NCBI GenBank assembly: GCA_023659895.1
Contig: JAGXOL010000005.1
Location: forward strand, 1-47,206
DNA length: 47,206 nucleotides
Reading direction: 5' to 3'
From: Candidatus Aenigmarchaeota archaeon LH_S7
GTDB lineage: Archaea; Aenigmatarchaeota; Aenigmatarchaeia; QMZS01
Shown: one piece after another, positions 18,430 through 28,365 of the stretch
Layout of the letters: every line of letters starts with the position of its first letter
How positions within the stretch are numbered: position 1 is the stretch's first letter
Notes under the pieces: generated by a model
The model's input: the letters and a program-made list of their open reading frames with translations, nothing else
Database searches by the model: none
Told to the model about the DNA's origin: nothing
Program-made: the position numbers and the translations under genes

Positions 18430-19482
18430 ATGTTTATGTATGACATTGCCATTATAGGAGGAGGTGTTGCAGGCCTATACTTAGCTAATCTGCTGGAAAA
18501 CAAAAAAGTTTTGTTGCTGGAGGAGCACAAGAATCTAGGTCCTAAAAGATGCTCTGGAATTGTATCAAAAAGAATTCATGATTTAGCTGACTTCCCAAAA
18601 TATTGTATTGAGAAAGAAATTGATAATGCTATCTTGAACTGTGGTGAAACTTCTATAGAGATTAATATAAACTCAATTATCTTGAACAAAGAGAATTTTG
18701 AAAAATATTTGCTTAAGAAAGCTGACAAGAAAGTTGATGTAAAGTTTGAGCGGGTTGAGGAAATAATTAATGGAATAAGTGGGGTAAGAATAAGAACTAA
18801 AGGTAATGAGTATAAAACTAAGTATATTGTTGGTTGTGATGGACCAAACTCAATAGTGAGAAAAACTTTTGTTAGAGAAGACCCAAAAAGATTTTACTTT
18901 GGGAAGTTTGGTTATGCTAAAGAAAGGGGCGCTGATTATCATGAGGTATTTCTTGATTCAAAATATTCAGATTTGTTCGCATGGAGATCCCCTAAAAGAA
19001 ACAAGGTTGAGTATGGTATGATTTGTGAGAAAAATTTGAACAAACATTATAATTTATTGCTGCATAAAATGAGACCTGATATAAAAGAAGAGGGTTTTGG
19101 GGTTATCCCTGTGGATTTTTTCAAGTACTCATTTTCAAAAGGTCTATTGATTGGTAATTCAGCTGCTCAAACAAAACCCTTAACTGGAGGAGGAATCATA
19201 TATGGGATGAGCGCTGCACAGATTGCAGCTGAAGAGTTAAACAAAGAATCCCCTGATTTTTTGAGATATGAAAATAGGTGTAAGAATTTCTTTGAAAAGG
19301 AAATAAAAAGGCAGTTAATGTTCCGAAGAATGTACTCAAAATTAAGTGATAAGAGAAAAGAAAAATTATTACAATCCTTTGCTAAAGGAAATTTCAAGAT
19401 AGATATGGACTTTCCTATGAAAAGTATTTTGGGTAAAAAGAAACTTAAATTATTTAGGTCTGTTCTTCAGGCGTTTCCTTAG
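18430..19482 (+). CDS. Geranylgeranyl reductase family FAD-dependent oxidoreductase
   Basis: YDIAIIGGGVAG, P.RCSGIVS, VGCDGPNS.VR, LIGNSAAQTKPLTGGGI. Confidence 0.88.
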   Translation: MFMYDIAIIGGGVAGLYLANLLENKKVLLLEEHKNLGPKRCSGIVSKRIHDLADFPKYCIEKEIDNAILNCGETSIEININSIILNKENFEKYLLKKADKKVDVKFERVEEIINGISGVRIRTKGNEYKTKYIVGCDGPNSIVRKTFVREDPKRFYFGKFGYAKERGADYHEVFLDSKYSDLFAWRSPKRNKVEYGMICEKNLNKHYNLLLHKMRPDIKEEGFGVIPVDFFKYSFSKGLLIGNSAAQTKPLTGGGIIYGMSAAQIAAEELNKESPDFLRYENRCKNFFEKEIKRQLMFRRMYSKLSDKRKEKLLQSFAKGNFKIDMDFPMKSILGKKKLKLFRSVLQAFP

Positions 19483-19999
19483 TTTCCTCTTGGTTCTCCT
19501 CTGAATTATCTTCTCCATCGTTATCCTGCATAAATCTTTCCAAGTTTGTTTTCGCTGGCTCTTTTCCAAAATAATCAATGAAAAGTTGAGTGACCTTTAG
19601 GATTTTTGTTCTTCCGTGCTTCTTTGCTGAAATTAGACCCCTATTCTCTAACTCCTTTGCATACTCATAAGTTCTGTTTCCGATTGTATTCACGAGCACA
19701 CTTTGCTTTAAAGGACCTTTAAATGCAATGATTGAAAGAGCTTTTAGCAGTCCAGGAGAAAGATCCTTGTAAGGAGATATATCCCTAACTTTTGATAAAA
19801 TTTCTGGATTAACTATTAACTGACATGTGTTTCCATTTTCCACCAATTTAATTCCACTTTCCTCATCATACTTTTCTCTCAGTTCTTCCAGAGCTTTCTT
19901 TATCTCAGAAGAAGAAACCTGAGTTATTTCAACCAACTTTGACACGCTCATTGGCTTAGAATTCAAAAAAAGGGCTGCTTCAATGGTCTTCTTTATCAT
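19454..19999 (-). CDS. scpB: Segregation and condensation protein B
   Basis: IEAALF...PMS, LS...LKALSIIAFKGP..QS, GRT.....T..F.DYFG. Confidence 0.9.
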   Translation of the reverse strand: MIKKTIEAALFLNSKPMSVSKLVEITQVSSSEIKKALEELREKYDEESGIKLVENGNTCQLIVNPEILSKVRDISPYKDLSPGLLKALSIIAFKGPLKQSVLVNTIGNRTYEYAKELENRGLISAKKHGRTKILKVTQLFIDYFGKEPAKTNLERFMQDNDGEDNSEENQEETKETPEEQT

Positions 20000-20024
20000 A
20001 ATCTACTACAAAACTTAAATTAAA

Positions 20025-21785
20025 CTAATCAAAGTAGTGAGGATTATGGATTGTTAGTTCTTTACTTTCAATCATTTTAACTCTATAAGTTGCATCCGAT
20101 TTCACTCCAAAATTTATTTCTTTTATGTTTAAATTAGTTGGGAAACCTGTTAAAGATAGTTCCACACCTGAATATAAGAATTGTTTTTCCCCAGAACCTA
20201 ATTCATATCTACCTTTTTTCCTTTTCAATTCAACTTTATCTTCTTCATCGATATCTGAACAATCAACAAATTCACTTTCATCTTCACCACAAGCTAAATC
20301 AACAAATTCCTTCCCCTTTTCACCAACTATATAAATTGTGATTTTATCTGGATAGCCAGTATATTTACCTTTTACCTCATACATAGAATTCGCACTAGAC
20401 TCATTACATTGTGCTTGACCATCAACATCTATTTCTAAATCAGTTGATTTATTCAAACATGCTTCATAACCAACCGAATTATATATAGGTGTTCCATTCT
20501 CGGATTCATTACATTCAGTTTCATTTGAAACATCAATTGGCTCTCCAGCTTTACAATCAGAATAAGTTCCATCCTCCTTTTTAGTAAAACCTACTACAGC
20601 TTTATTACAAAATTCTTCTTCCTTATTAATTGTCTCTCCAATTGGAGTAATCTCACAATAAGAATAAATGGATTTTACTTTCTCCACATCATTTGTGCAA
20701 CCACTAGTATTCTCCTCATTACATCCTGGCTCTAAAACACCTTTACAGAATTCCTCGCACCACTTTTCTTTGTTCCATATCTCATTCATAATTACTATAG
20801 CTTTCTCACTTTCTCCCCTAAATATTACATCCCCATTAACTCTCTCATTTTTGAACCCTACTTGAATATTAGAATCTTGGAAACTTTCTTCAGACCATAT
20901 AAGAGGACCAAATGTAAGCATCAAAACATTTCCTGGTGCTGCTTTTTCTCTTGCTGAATTTATGTCAAAACGAGGATCTGTTTCCTCAGTATTTCTTATA
21001 GCTCTCAGCTTATCTATATAAGATTCTGTTTGATAATCATAAGCATATTCTAAATTAATCTTTCCTCCTATAGAAGCTTTGTTTTTCGCATACCCACAAT
21101 CCACATCCTTTGACCAGGGGTCATTTATTTTTCCTTTAAATCTAAAATTGTAAGTTTCTTCTGGCCCTATTGTATAAAGTTTTTTTATTTTCTCCCCAGT
21201 TAAATTAAAAACCTCTGTCTCACATTCTCTGTATTCCCCACCAGTAACCTTTATAAGAACATTCTCAGCATTATAATCTCCTTTATTCTCAAAGTTTGTT
21301 TGTGCTTGGAGAGGCATCGATGCATAAATATCTCCTGTTGAGGTTCTAAAATCTAGCATCTCAAAACCATAATCTTCAGGATTTTCCTCTTCTGCCCTAC
21401 GTTGGTCAGGAGCTACACACTCGGTTTGATAACTCATTGGGTCAGTCGTTAACAAAGACAAGCAATGTATTTGATGTTCTATTGTTCCAGGAGCAGTCTC
21501 CATCCCTTCACTTATATCATCCATTGGACCTCTTAAATATTCTGCATAAGGACCATACGCAGCGTATCCCAGAACAAGTAGAATAACCAACACAACTGAA
21601 GTGCCATATAACTTTCCTGGAACTCCAATGAAAAGTAATAAGATAAAGTTAACAACAAAAAGACCTGCAACAAAAGGTCCAAACTTCCCTAAATCCATCA
21701 CACCAAAATATTCAACAAACAAGAAAGAGCTCAGACTTATCAAAAATCCTGTGAGTATAGCCTCCAAAAAGCCTTGTCCTTTCAT
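20025..21785 (-). CDS. Hypothetical membrane-anchored protein with acidic Cys-rich ectodomain
   Basis: Three N-terminal TM segments; starts MKG|QGFLEAIL; translationally coupled to the upstream gene. Confidence 0.7.
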   Translation of the reverse strand: MKGQGFLEAILTGFLISLSSFLFVEYFGVMDLGKFGPFVAGLFVVNFILLLFIGVPGKLYGTSVVLVILLVLGYAAYGPYAEYLRGPMDDISEGMETAPGTIEHQIHCLSLLTTDPMSYQTECVAPDQRRAEEENPEDYGFEMLDFRTSTGDIYASMPLQAQTNFENKGDYNAENVLIKVTGGEYRECETEVFNLTGEKIKKLYTIGPEETYNFRFKGKINDPWSKDVDCGYAKNKASIGGKINLEYAYDYQTESYIDKLRAIRNTEETDPRFDINSAREKAAPGNVLMLTFGPLIWSEESFQDSNIQVGFKNERVNGDVIFRGESEKAIVIMNEIWNKEKWCEEFCKGVLEPGCNEENTSGCTNDVEKVKSIYSYCEITPIGETINKEEEFCNKAVVGFTKKEDGTYSDCKAGEPIDVSNETECNESENGTPIYNSVGYEACLNKSTDLEIDVDGQAQCNESSANSMYEVKGKYTGYPDKITIYIVGEKGKEFVDLACGEDESEFVDCSDIDEEDKVELKRKKGRYELGSGEKQFLYSGVELSLTGFPTNLNIKEINFGVKSDATYRVKMIESKELTIHNPHYFD

Positions 21786-23410
21786 GATTTATCTTCCTCA
21801 TCTGAAGTATCTTCCTCATCTGAAGCATATTCTTCGGCTTTAGTCTCAGCCTTGTTAGGTTCATTATCTTTTTTATTTCTTCCTTTAACATGTTTTAATT
21901 CTTCCTCAAAAAATTCTTTTTTGATTTCCTTCAAGTTTTTTCCTCCTGACATGTGCCACAATATATAAAGTACTACTGTGTTCAAACCTGTATAAAGTGT
22001 TAAATTCGCCAAATTCGCAAGGTCAACTTCTATTCCTGCCCACCCGAGGAAACGTGGTACTATTGCAACTAAAAGGGAAACTGTTAATACCATCTTGAAG
22101 CTTTGTGCTACAGGAGGACCTAGCTTTCCTAATGTTTTGTGAGTTGCAATCTTATCCCCAATCATGAGGAAAAAACCTAGTATTGCTATTCCTGCTCCAT
22201 ACCACAGATATAAATGGAAGGAAATAACAATACCTGCAATTATCATTATCAATCCTGCCTGGTGCACGAATTCCATCTTTCCCCAAGGAAGGAAAATCAA
22301 TCCAATAATCAACAAAGGTAATCCAAAAAACCAACCAAATGGAAATCCGGTAACCACAGAAAACAATCCTATGAATAGTGCAGCAAAGCCCATCCCTTCC
22401 CCAATGTCGTGAGGGAGATAAGCATGGTAAGGTTTTTCTTTTCTCTCTAAATCAGTCTCACCATATTTTAAATAATCTGAGATACGTTTTTTACATCCTT
22501 CCAAAAATTTAATTGCTTCTTCCAAATTACCTCCCTTCTTTTCTCTTTCTGCTAATTCTAAAGCATTACTAATATCCTTTTTTAAGTATTCAGGTATATC
22601 AGTTTGTTTTTCTAAATTACTCTCTATTTCTTTATATAATTTATCAAAATGTTCTTTTTGTCTTTTTTCTCTTTTAACCTTATCTCCTTTAGAAGGAGGT
22701 TGTTCAGATGTTCCAAATAATTTCTCTTCAAACTTTGGTTTGTTTTTTCCATATCTTAAAACATAATCAAGTTCCCTTCTAATTTCATTTAATCTTGCTT
22801 CCAAATTTTCAACTGGCCACTCATTATTTTCCTCATAACCCTTCTCTAAAACCTCTATTTTGGACTCAACATTTGAAAAATCTAATCCAGGATAATCTTT
22901 CTTCAGCCTATCTAATATATTCTTAAGTTCTTTTACTAATTCTTTAACTTCTTTTGCATATACTTTACCTGAAGACCCTAACAATTTATTCTTAGCACTT
23001 ATAAAAAAATTTCCAACTTTGGAACCACCTTTTCTTTCTTTTTCTTGGTTTACAGTATTTTCTATCCCTTTGATTATTTGTTGTAAATCCTCCTTAGTTA
23101 CATCTTCCTCCTTAGTTACATCCTCGTGTTCTGTAATAGCCCCTTTATGAGGTGTTCTTTTTCCTTCTCCTTCCATTTTTCTTCTACTTTCATCTCCCTC
23201 ATCTTTTTCAGTTCCTTTTCTCTCATCTCTTCCAATTCCTCCTCCTTGCTGTTCACTCTTTTCTTTTTCCCATTTGTCCAGTAATTTTTTACCTTCCTTT
23301 ATTATATACCCTCCTTCTCCTCTAAGTCTTTTTACAGCTTCTTTACGACTGATTTTTCCTTCCAAAAATTGTTTTTTAATCTCTTCTTCTAAATCATTAT
23401 TTTCAGCCAT
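21782..23410 (-). CDS. Hypothetical protein with charged helical N-terminus and C-terminal multi-TM domain
   Basis: Long ORF with E/K-rich N-terminal part and about 6 TM; short internal repeats EDVTKE x2 and SDEED x2. Confidence 0.7.
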   Translation of the reverse strand: MAENNDLEEEIKKQFLEGKISRKEAVKRLRGEGGYIIKEGKKLLDKWEKEKSEQQGGGIGRDERKGTEKDEGDESRRKMEGEGKRTPHKGAITEHEDVTKEEDVTKEDLQQIIKGIENTVNQEKERKGGSKVGNFFISAKNKLLGSSGKVYAKEVKELVKELKNILDRLKKDYPGLDFSNVESKIEVLEKGYEENNEWPVENLEARLNEIRRELDYVLRYGKNKPKFEEKLFGTSEQPPSKGDKVKREKRQKEHFDKLYKEIESNLEKQTDIPEYLKKDISNALELAEREKKGGNLEEAIKFLEGCKKRISDYLKYGETDLERKEKPYHAYLPHDIGEGMGFAALFIGLFSVVTGFPFGWFFGLPLLIIGLIFLPWGKMEFVHQAGLIMIIAGIVISFHLYLWYGAGIAILGFFLMIGDKIATHKTLGKLGPPVAQSFKMVLTVSLLVAIVPRFLGWAGIEVDLANLANLTLYTGLNTVVLYILWHMSGGKNLKEIKKEFFEEELKHVKGRNKKDNEPNKAETKAEEYASDEEDTSDEEDKS

Positions 23411-23417
23411 AATCTAA

Positions 23418-23717
23418 TTACTTTTTATATTCAAATTTGTTTAATTCTCTTTCAATATCTTCAAATAATTTTCTCTTTATTTCTTCTTTGTTCTGGTGTT
23501 TCTTCAGGCAAGGCTTTTACTTCTTCTATTAATTTCTCAAATTCTTCATATTCTCTTTACCTAATTTAGGTTTCTTTGTCTCTTTACTAATCTCCTTTTC
23601 TTTTTCTTCTTTAAGTTCTTCGGTGGGAGTTTCTTTTTTGGTTCTTTTTCTGGTCATTTCTTCTCCTCTTATCCATGCCCTATCTATTGAATCTAAGTCT
23701 TTGAGTTTCTTATCCAA
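23418..23717 (-). pseudogene. Frameshifted 3' fragment of a charged hypothetical gene, cut at the rpoB-relic repeat
   Basis: E/K-rich coding-like text continues through frame changes to a stop near 23418; no convincing ATG start. Confidence 0.4.
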
Positions 23718-23740
23718 AATTTCACCTTAAGGAGGAAATT
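23711..23740 (+). repeat. Direct-repeat copy 1: relic of an rpoB' 3' end
   Basis: TATCCAAAATTTCACCTTAAGGAGGAAATT encodes YPKFHLKEEI, nearly identical to 25991-26019. Confidence 0.75.
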
Positions 23741-23789
23741 AGCGAATCTTAAGCTTATCAAAAAATAAAAGATAAAATTCTAATTTTAT

Positions 23790-25757
23790 TTATGGCACTG
23801 ATGTGCTATTACATGTTTCCACGTTTGCTGATGAATTGTACTGCCAATCAGTTTTTTCCACATCAGTTACACAGAAAGTAAATGTTGTTCCACTCTCTGG
23901 TTTCCACACGCTATCTGATTGAAGTGTTACTTTCCCACTGGCATCTGTTGTTCCAGAATCACTGTCAGTAGTTGCATCACTCCAATTACCATATACTGTC
24001 GCATCTTCTACTGAACTGCCAGTATTGTCAACTATTGTTACAGTCGCAGTTACATAGTAGTTCCATCCTTGATATCGTGAAACTAATTCCATATCAATAC
24101 TTGCTACGTGCATTTCTGGTGTTGGTAGTGCCTCTTTAGTAGTGAAATTATATTCAAAGCTTTCAGCTAAGTTTCCACTCTTATCTGTGCTGTTCACAAC
24201 ATAATAGTATGTTGTCTCTGGTGCTAATTCAGTAAGGTCGATAGCATGAGAGGTAACATAGGCAGAATCGCTTACATTGTCTGTATAATTCCCTGATTCT
24301 GTTCCATACCTCACTAAGCTGTCTGCTGGTTCATCAGTATCCCATGTTATCTTTACTGATAAGTCCGTTATATCAGTTGCATTTACATTTGATATTACCG
24401 GTGGTGTTATATCTGGAGCTGCTGTCCATTGAAGAGCAGCATAGGCATCAACTATTCCCCAGCCATAGGTATCATCTCTGCCAGTATCACCTTTATCTTT
24501 TGCAGTCTCTTGAAGAGTAGTTCTTACTTCATCAGGAGTATTTGCATCTCCATTGGCAATTAACAAAGCTGAAACTCCAGAGACATGAGGAGTAGCCATT
24601 GAGGTTCCCTGGAAGAAATAGTAATCGAAGTCGCAAACCGGCGAGCTGTCGAAGGTCTGTTGTAAAACTCCATCAGCATAGCTATCGTTGTTTTGGTCTA
24701 AGTTATTGTTTCCACCTGGAGCTACTAAATCAAGAGAAGGTCCATAATTAGAATAAGGTGCCTTTGTCTCATCATACTGAGTAGCCCCTACAGCAATAAC
24801 ATAATCATCGTAAGCTGCTGGATAAAGAGCAGTTGATTCATTATCATTTCCAATTGCAGATATCATTGTTACGTTGTTTTTATAAGCATAAGCTACTGCC
24901 TCCTCCAAAGTAGTTGATGGGTAGCTACCACCCAAGCTTAGACTAATCACTTTTGCACCATTATCCACTGCAAAGCGAATACCATCAGCCACATCAGCAT
25001 AAGTCCCCTCTCCGTATCTATCTAAAACTTTAACTGGCATCAAACAAGTATCAAAAGCAACTCCGGCTACGCCAATGGAATTATTAGTGCTCTGAGCCAC
25101 TGTTCCTGCTACATGGGTTCCATGTCCGTTGTCATCATTAGGATGTTCATCATTATTGGCAAAGTCATAGCCTGAAACAAAACAGGTCTGAGCTAAATCT
25201 GGTGCCTGACAATATTTCCTATAATCTTCATAGGCTATTCCAGTATCAACAATTGCTACAGTTACTCCAGAACCAGTAGAGATATTCCAAGCTGGTTCTA
25301 CATTAATACCATCCATGTGCCACTGATAAGGATAGTATTCATCATTGGGAACTATCAAAGCATAGGCATAAAAGTTTGGCTCAGCATATTCAACATTTGG
25401 ATTTTCGCTGTAGATCTTAACCATCTTATAAACTGCTCTTCCCTCTGGAATCTTTAATCGCTTAAAACCTGCATACGGACTGGCATAGATTACAGAAGTT
25501 CCATGTCTTGAGTTTATCTTAGATATTACTTCATCTGAAACTCCTGATTTGAACTTAACGATAATCTCTCCTGGATCATATTCCTGTATTGGAAACGGTT
25601 TTTCATTATACTCAAATATTGCTGGATTCTCTGTTTGTGGATTTGTTTCTGCTCTGTCGCCCATCACTACTAAAACACTCGCAATCATTATCGTCGCAAC
25701 CAAAATCACCGTAATTGGCTTTAATACACCATTCGTGTTGTTTTTCATTTTTCTCAC
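23790..25757 (-). CDS. Secreted subtilisin-like S8 serine protease with propeptide, FN3-like and C-terminal Ig-like domains
   Basis: Catalytic motifs VAIVDTG, HGTHVAGT, GTSMATPHV; propeptide VEYAEPN; ITWDTDEPADSLVRYG (FN3/PAP-N-like); RBS GAGGTGA. Confidence 0.95.
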   Translation of the reverse strand: MRKMKNNTNGVLKPITVILVATIMIASVLVVMGDRAETNPQTENPAIFEYNEKPFPIQEYDPGEIIVKFKSGVSDEVISKINSRHGTSVIYASPYAGFKRLKIPEGRAVYKMVKIYSENPNVEYAEPNFYAYALIVPNDEYYPYQWHMDGINVEPAWNISTGSGVTVAIVDTGIAYEDYRKYCQAPDLAQTCFVSGYDFANNDEHPNDDNGHGTHVAGTVAQSTNNSIGVAGVAFDTCLMPVKVLDRYGEGTYADVADGIRFAVDNGAKVISLSLGGSYPSTTLEEAVAYAYKNNVTMISAIGNDNESTALYPAAYDDYVIAVGATQYDETKAPYSNYGPSLDLVAPGGNNNLDQNNDSYADGVLQQTFDSSPVCDFDYYFFQGTSMATPHVSGVSALLIANGDANTPDEVRTTLQETAKDKGDTGRDDTYGWGIVDAYAALQWTAAPDITPPVISNVNATDITDLSVKITWDTDEPADSLVRYGTESGNYTDNVSDSAYVTSHAIDLTELAPETTYYYVVNSTDKSGNLAESFEYNFTTKEALPTPEMHVASIDMELVSRYQGWNYYVTATVTIVDNTGSSVEDATVYGNWSDATTDSDSGTTDASGKVTLQSDSVWKPESGTTFTFCVTDVEKTDWQYNSSANVETCNSTSVP

Positions 25758-25957
25758 CTCATAAGTATGTATTTATATATATAAATAAGTTATATATATA
25801 GCTATGTATCTCTTTTAAATGATTTATATTTTTTATTTTGTGGAAAATTTTTATGTTCATCTCAAACAAAATTAACTACTTTGGAGCATCAATAACCTGC
25901 CTTCCATTACCAACTTCTGTAATTTTAAATACTAATTCCTTAACAAAATCTAAATAA

Positions 25958-26022
25958 TTAGCCTTAGACGAAATGATGGCAATGGGAATTTATCCAAAAT
26001 TCACCTTAAGGAGGAGATTTAA
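25958..26022 (+). pseudogene. Direct-repeat copy 2: relic of a divergent rpoB' 3' end
   Basis: Encodes LALDEMMAMGIYPK(F)HLKEEI* with a 1-nt deletion, versus the resident RpoB' end LAIDEMMAMGVYPKIGVKEEL*. Confidence 0.85.
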
Positions 26023-26050
26023 GTAAAAAATTAGATCCCGAATTTTGGAC

Positions 26051-27265
26051 TTATCTATATTTTAGTAAAACTATCAGTAATGCTATGATAACAATTATTA
26101 GGATATAAAGAAGGTTATCTTGAATATTTATCAATACAGGCTTTGCTTCAATGGGTTGAACATTAATTATTGATTCTTTTGGGAAGGTGATTTTTTTAGA
26201 ATAATAGACATTACCTTTTACAATATATCTCCCCTGCTCCTTTGGAGTAAAATATGTTGTTAAATTAATCGTCTCTCCAACAGGAACATCAAGTTCATCA
26301 CTTTCTAAAACACCAACAATTCTATCATCTAAATGAATTTCACCTTTAAATTTAGCACTTGTTGTCAACTCTCCTGTATTCTTGAAAACACAATCTATTT
26401 TAACAACCTCACCAGTGTTTACCCATACTTTATTCGCTATGCGTATTAATTCTCCTTTTTTCTTTAATGCACCCTTTGCTAATATATCAAAAGTTAGTAA
26501 TTTCTGTTTCAAAACTTTCCCTCCTATTGATACACTAACATTTGCCCAATACTGTCCCTCTGTTAGATTCTCAGAAGAAATATTAAATTTGTCTGTTCCT
26601 GTTGTAGTTGGTAAAACTTCACTACAATCAAAATCAGCAGATTTTAAAATCTTGGTTTCATCTCTATCTAAAATATCTATATGAACCTGTGGACTTACTC
26701 TTACATTTCCTTTATTGTTTCCTGAGATAAAAAATTCTATAGGATAACCTACTTCAGCATCATTAATTGAAATTGAACTAACTTCATATTCCAAAAGTTG
26801 TTCACCTGTTATTTCTAAAAAAGACAATAACTTAACACCTGTTCTTGTGGTTGTAGCAAACTGAGTTGCTACACTCTCATTTGTCTGAGGGTTTGAATGT
26901 AAGGTAATTGAGCCATTATAAATTCCAATTGGAATATCTCCCGGTGGTTTTATAATTGCTTTAAGTTCAAATGTAGAGTTAGCAGGTATTATAAAGTTTT
27001 TTCCAAATTCAAAAGCTATCCAATCTTTGAATGGACCCTCCAGTGTAATTGTAATCTCCACAGGGACATCGTACCCATTAGTAATTATAATTGTTTTTTC
27101 TGCATAACCTCCTCTGAGAACTTTTTCAAATCTTACCTCCCCAGGACCAGCTCCTATTCCTCCAGCATAGGTAGCATTTAATAAAAACAAAACAGATAGA
27201 AAAAATGTAAAGATTACTAATTTTTTGTTTATTAGAATTTTATTTTTATATTTAACAGGAAGCAT
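26051..27265 (-). CDS. Secreted, C-terminally anchored protein, DUF916/WxL-interacting (PapD-like) type
   Basis: Signal peptide, GAGPGEV..KTIIITN, N.GNVRV.P..LP...L.EGQY.A motif, C-terminal TM; paralogous to 35091-36464. Family assignment is by eye. Confidence 0.55.
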   Translation of the reverse strand: MLPVKYKNKILINKKLVIFTFFLSVLFLLNATYAGGIGAGPGEVRFEKVLRGGYAEKTIIITNGYDVPVEITITLEGPFKDWIAFEFGKNFIIPANSTFELKAIIKPPGDIPIGIYNGSITLHSNPQTNESVATQFATTTRTGVKLLSFLEITGEQLLEYEVSSISINDAEVGYPIEFFISGNNKGNVRVSPQVHIDILDRDETKILKSADFDCSEVLPTTTGTDKFNISSENLTEGQYWANVSVSIGGKVLKQKLLTFDILAKGALKKKGELIRIANKVWVNTGEVVKIDCVFKNTGELTTSAKFKGEIHLDDRIVGVLESDELDVPVGETINLTTYFTPKEQGRYIVKGNVYYSKKITFPKESIINVQPIEAKPVLINIQDNLLYILIIVIIALLIVLLKYR

Positions 27266-27304
27266 AAATTTATAAATAAAAGTTAATAAAAATAGAAAAA
27301 TATT

Positions 27305-28267
27305 TTATCCTGCTTCTGCAACGAATTCTGTTTTTCCTGAACAGGTTCCTCTAACTCCAGTATCTGGAATCTTTATTAACCAATAAAGGTTACTTGTTGA
27401 TTCACCATCCGTAGTTCCTGAAGCATCATAGTAGTCCAAGTCAAAACCTACAAAGGCAGTTGAAGTTCCTGTAAGTTCAGTTCCATTAACAAATGCAAAG
27501 CTTGAGGTTTCATTAAATCTTATTCCTGTTGACGCAGCATCTGTTGTAATATTTGCTGAACCTGTTGCTGGACAATACAATTGTCCTGAATACTCACTTT
27601 CCCGTAGATCAACATCTATCAGCTGATTGCACCAGTTCGTAACATTTGTTTTTTGCTCTGAAGAAGTCTCTCCTAAAGCCAAAGTTCCATATTCGATTGA
27701 AGTCTCTTTTACATCCAAACCCAACATTGAATCTACTGTGTAAGTTGTTTCATTATTTCCAGTTGCATCTGAACTATCATTTACCACAATTTTCACTGTC
27801 CATATATTTGGTGATACTGTTGGGTCTATGAAATATCTTGTTTTATACGTACAGTTTACAGTTATATCCGTTCCTGATGCATCGGTCCATGTACAGTCAG
27901 TTCCTGCATTAGAGGCTGAACCATTTGAATAATGGTCATTTAAATCATCTGCTGAAGTCTCTGTTTTTGTTTCATTAAACCAAAAATTTGTGATTAATTT
28001 TGACTGATTAATATCCCCATATCCATTGTCATCACTTAAAGTCGACCAACAACTTACTGTAGTATTACTTCCTGCTGCTGGTGTTAATGATGAAGGTTCA
28101 CAAGTTATTGCTCCAACTGTTGGAGCCACATTACTTACTGTAACATTTGTTGTAAGATTTTCGTCAGATTGTGATGCTGCTGCTGGTTCTGGAGAAATTA
28201 GCCCTAAAGCAACTATTATGGAAACGCTAATTATTGTAATGCTTATTTTACCACTTATCTCAACCAT
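27305..28267 (-). CDS. Secreted T/S/D-rich beta-protein with WxL/fimbrial-like C-terminal domain
   Basis: Signal peptide, no anchor; ends LYWLIKIPDTGVRGTCSGKTEFVAEAG. Confidence 0.55.
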   Translation of the reverse strand: MVEISGKISITIISVSIIVALGLISPEPAAASQSDENLTTNVTVSNVAPTVGAITCEPSSLTPAAGSNTTVSCWSTLSDDNGYGDINQSKLITNFWFNETKTETSADDLNDHYSNGSASNAGTDCTWTDASGTDITVNCTYKTRYFIDPTVSPNIWTVKIVVNDSSDATGNNETTYTVDSMLGLDVKETSIEYGTLALGETSSEQKTNVTNWCNQLIDVDLRESEYSGQLYCPATGSANITTDAASTGIRFNETSSFAFVNGTELTGTSTAFVGFDLDYYDASGTTDGESTSNLYWLIKIPDTGVRGTCSGKTEFVAEAG

Positions 28268-28365
28268 ATATATATATTGATTTACATATATATATTATTT
28301 TCGGTTGTAGAAAAGTCAATATACCTATAGAAATTAACTATAAATATATTGAAATATTAATAATT

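Noticed and set aside
25876-25957. Coding-like minus-strand stub (YLDFVKELVFKITEVGNGRQVIDAPK*) next to the rpoB relic
   Set aside because: Too short to assign; may be a truncated gene end but unsupported.
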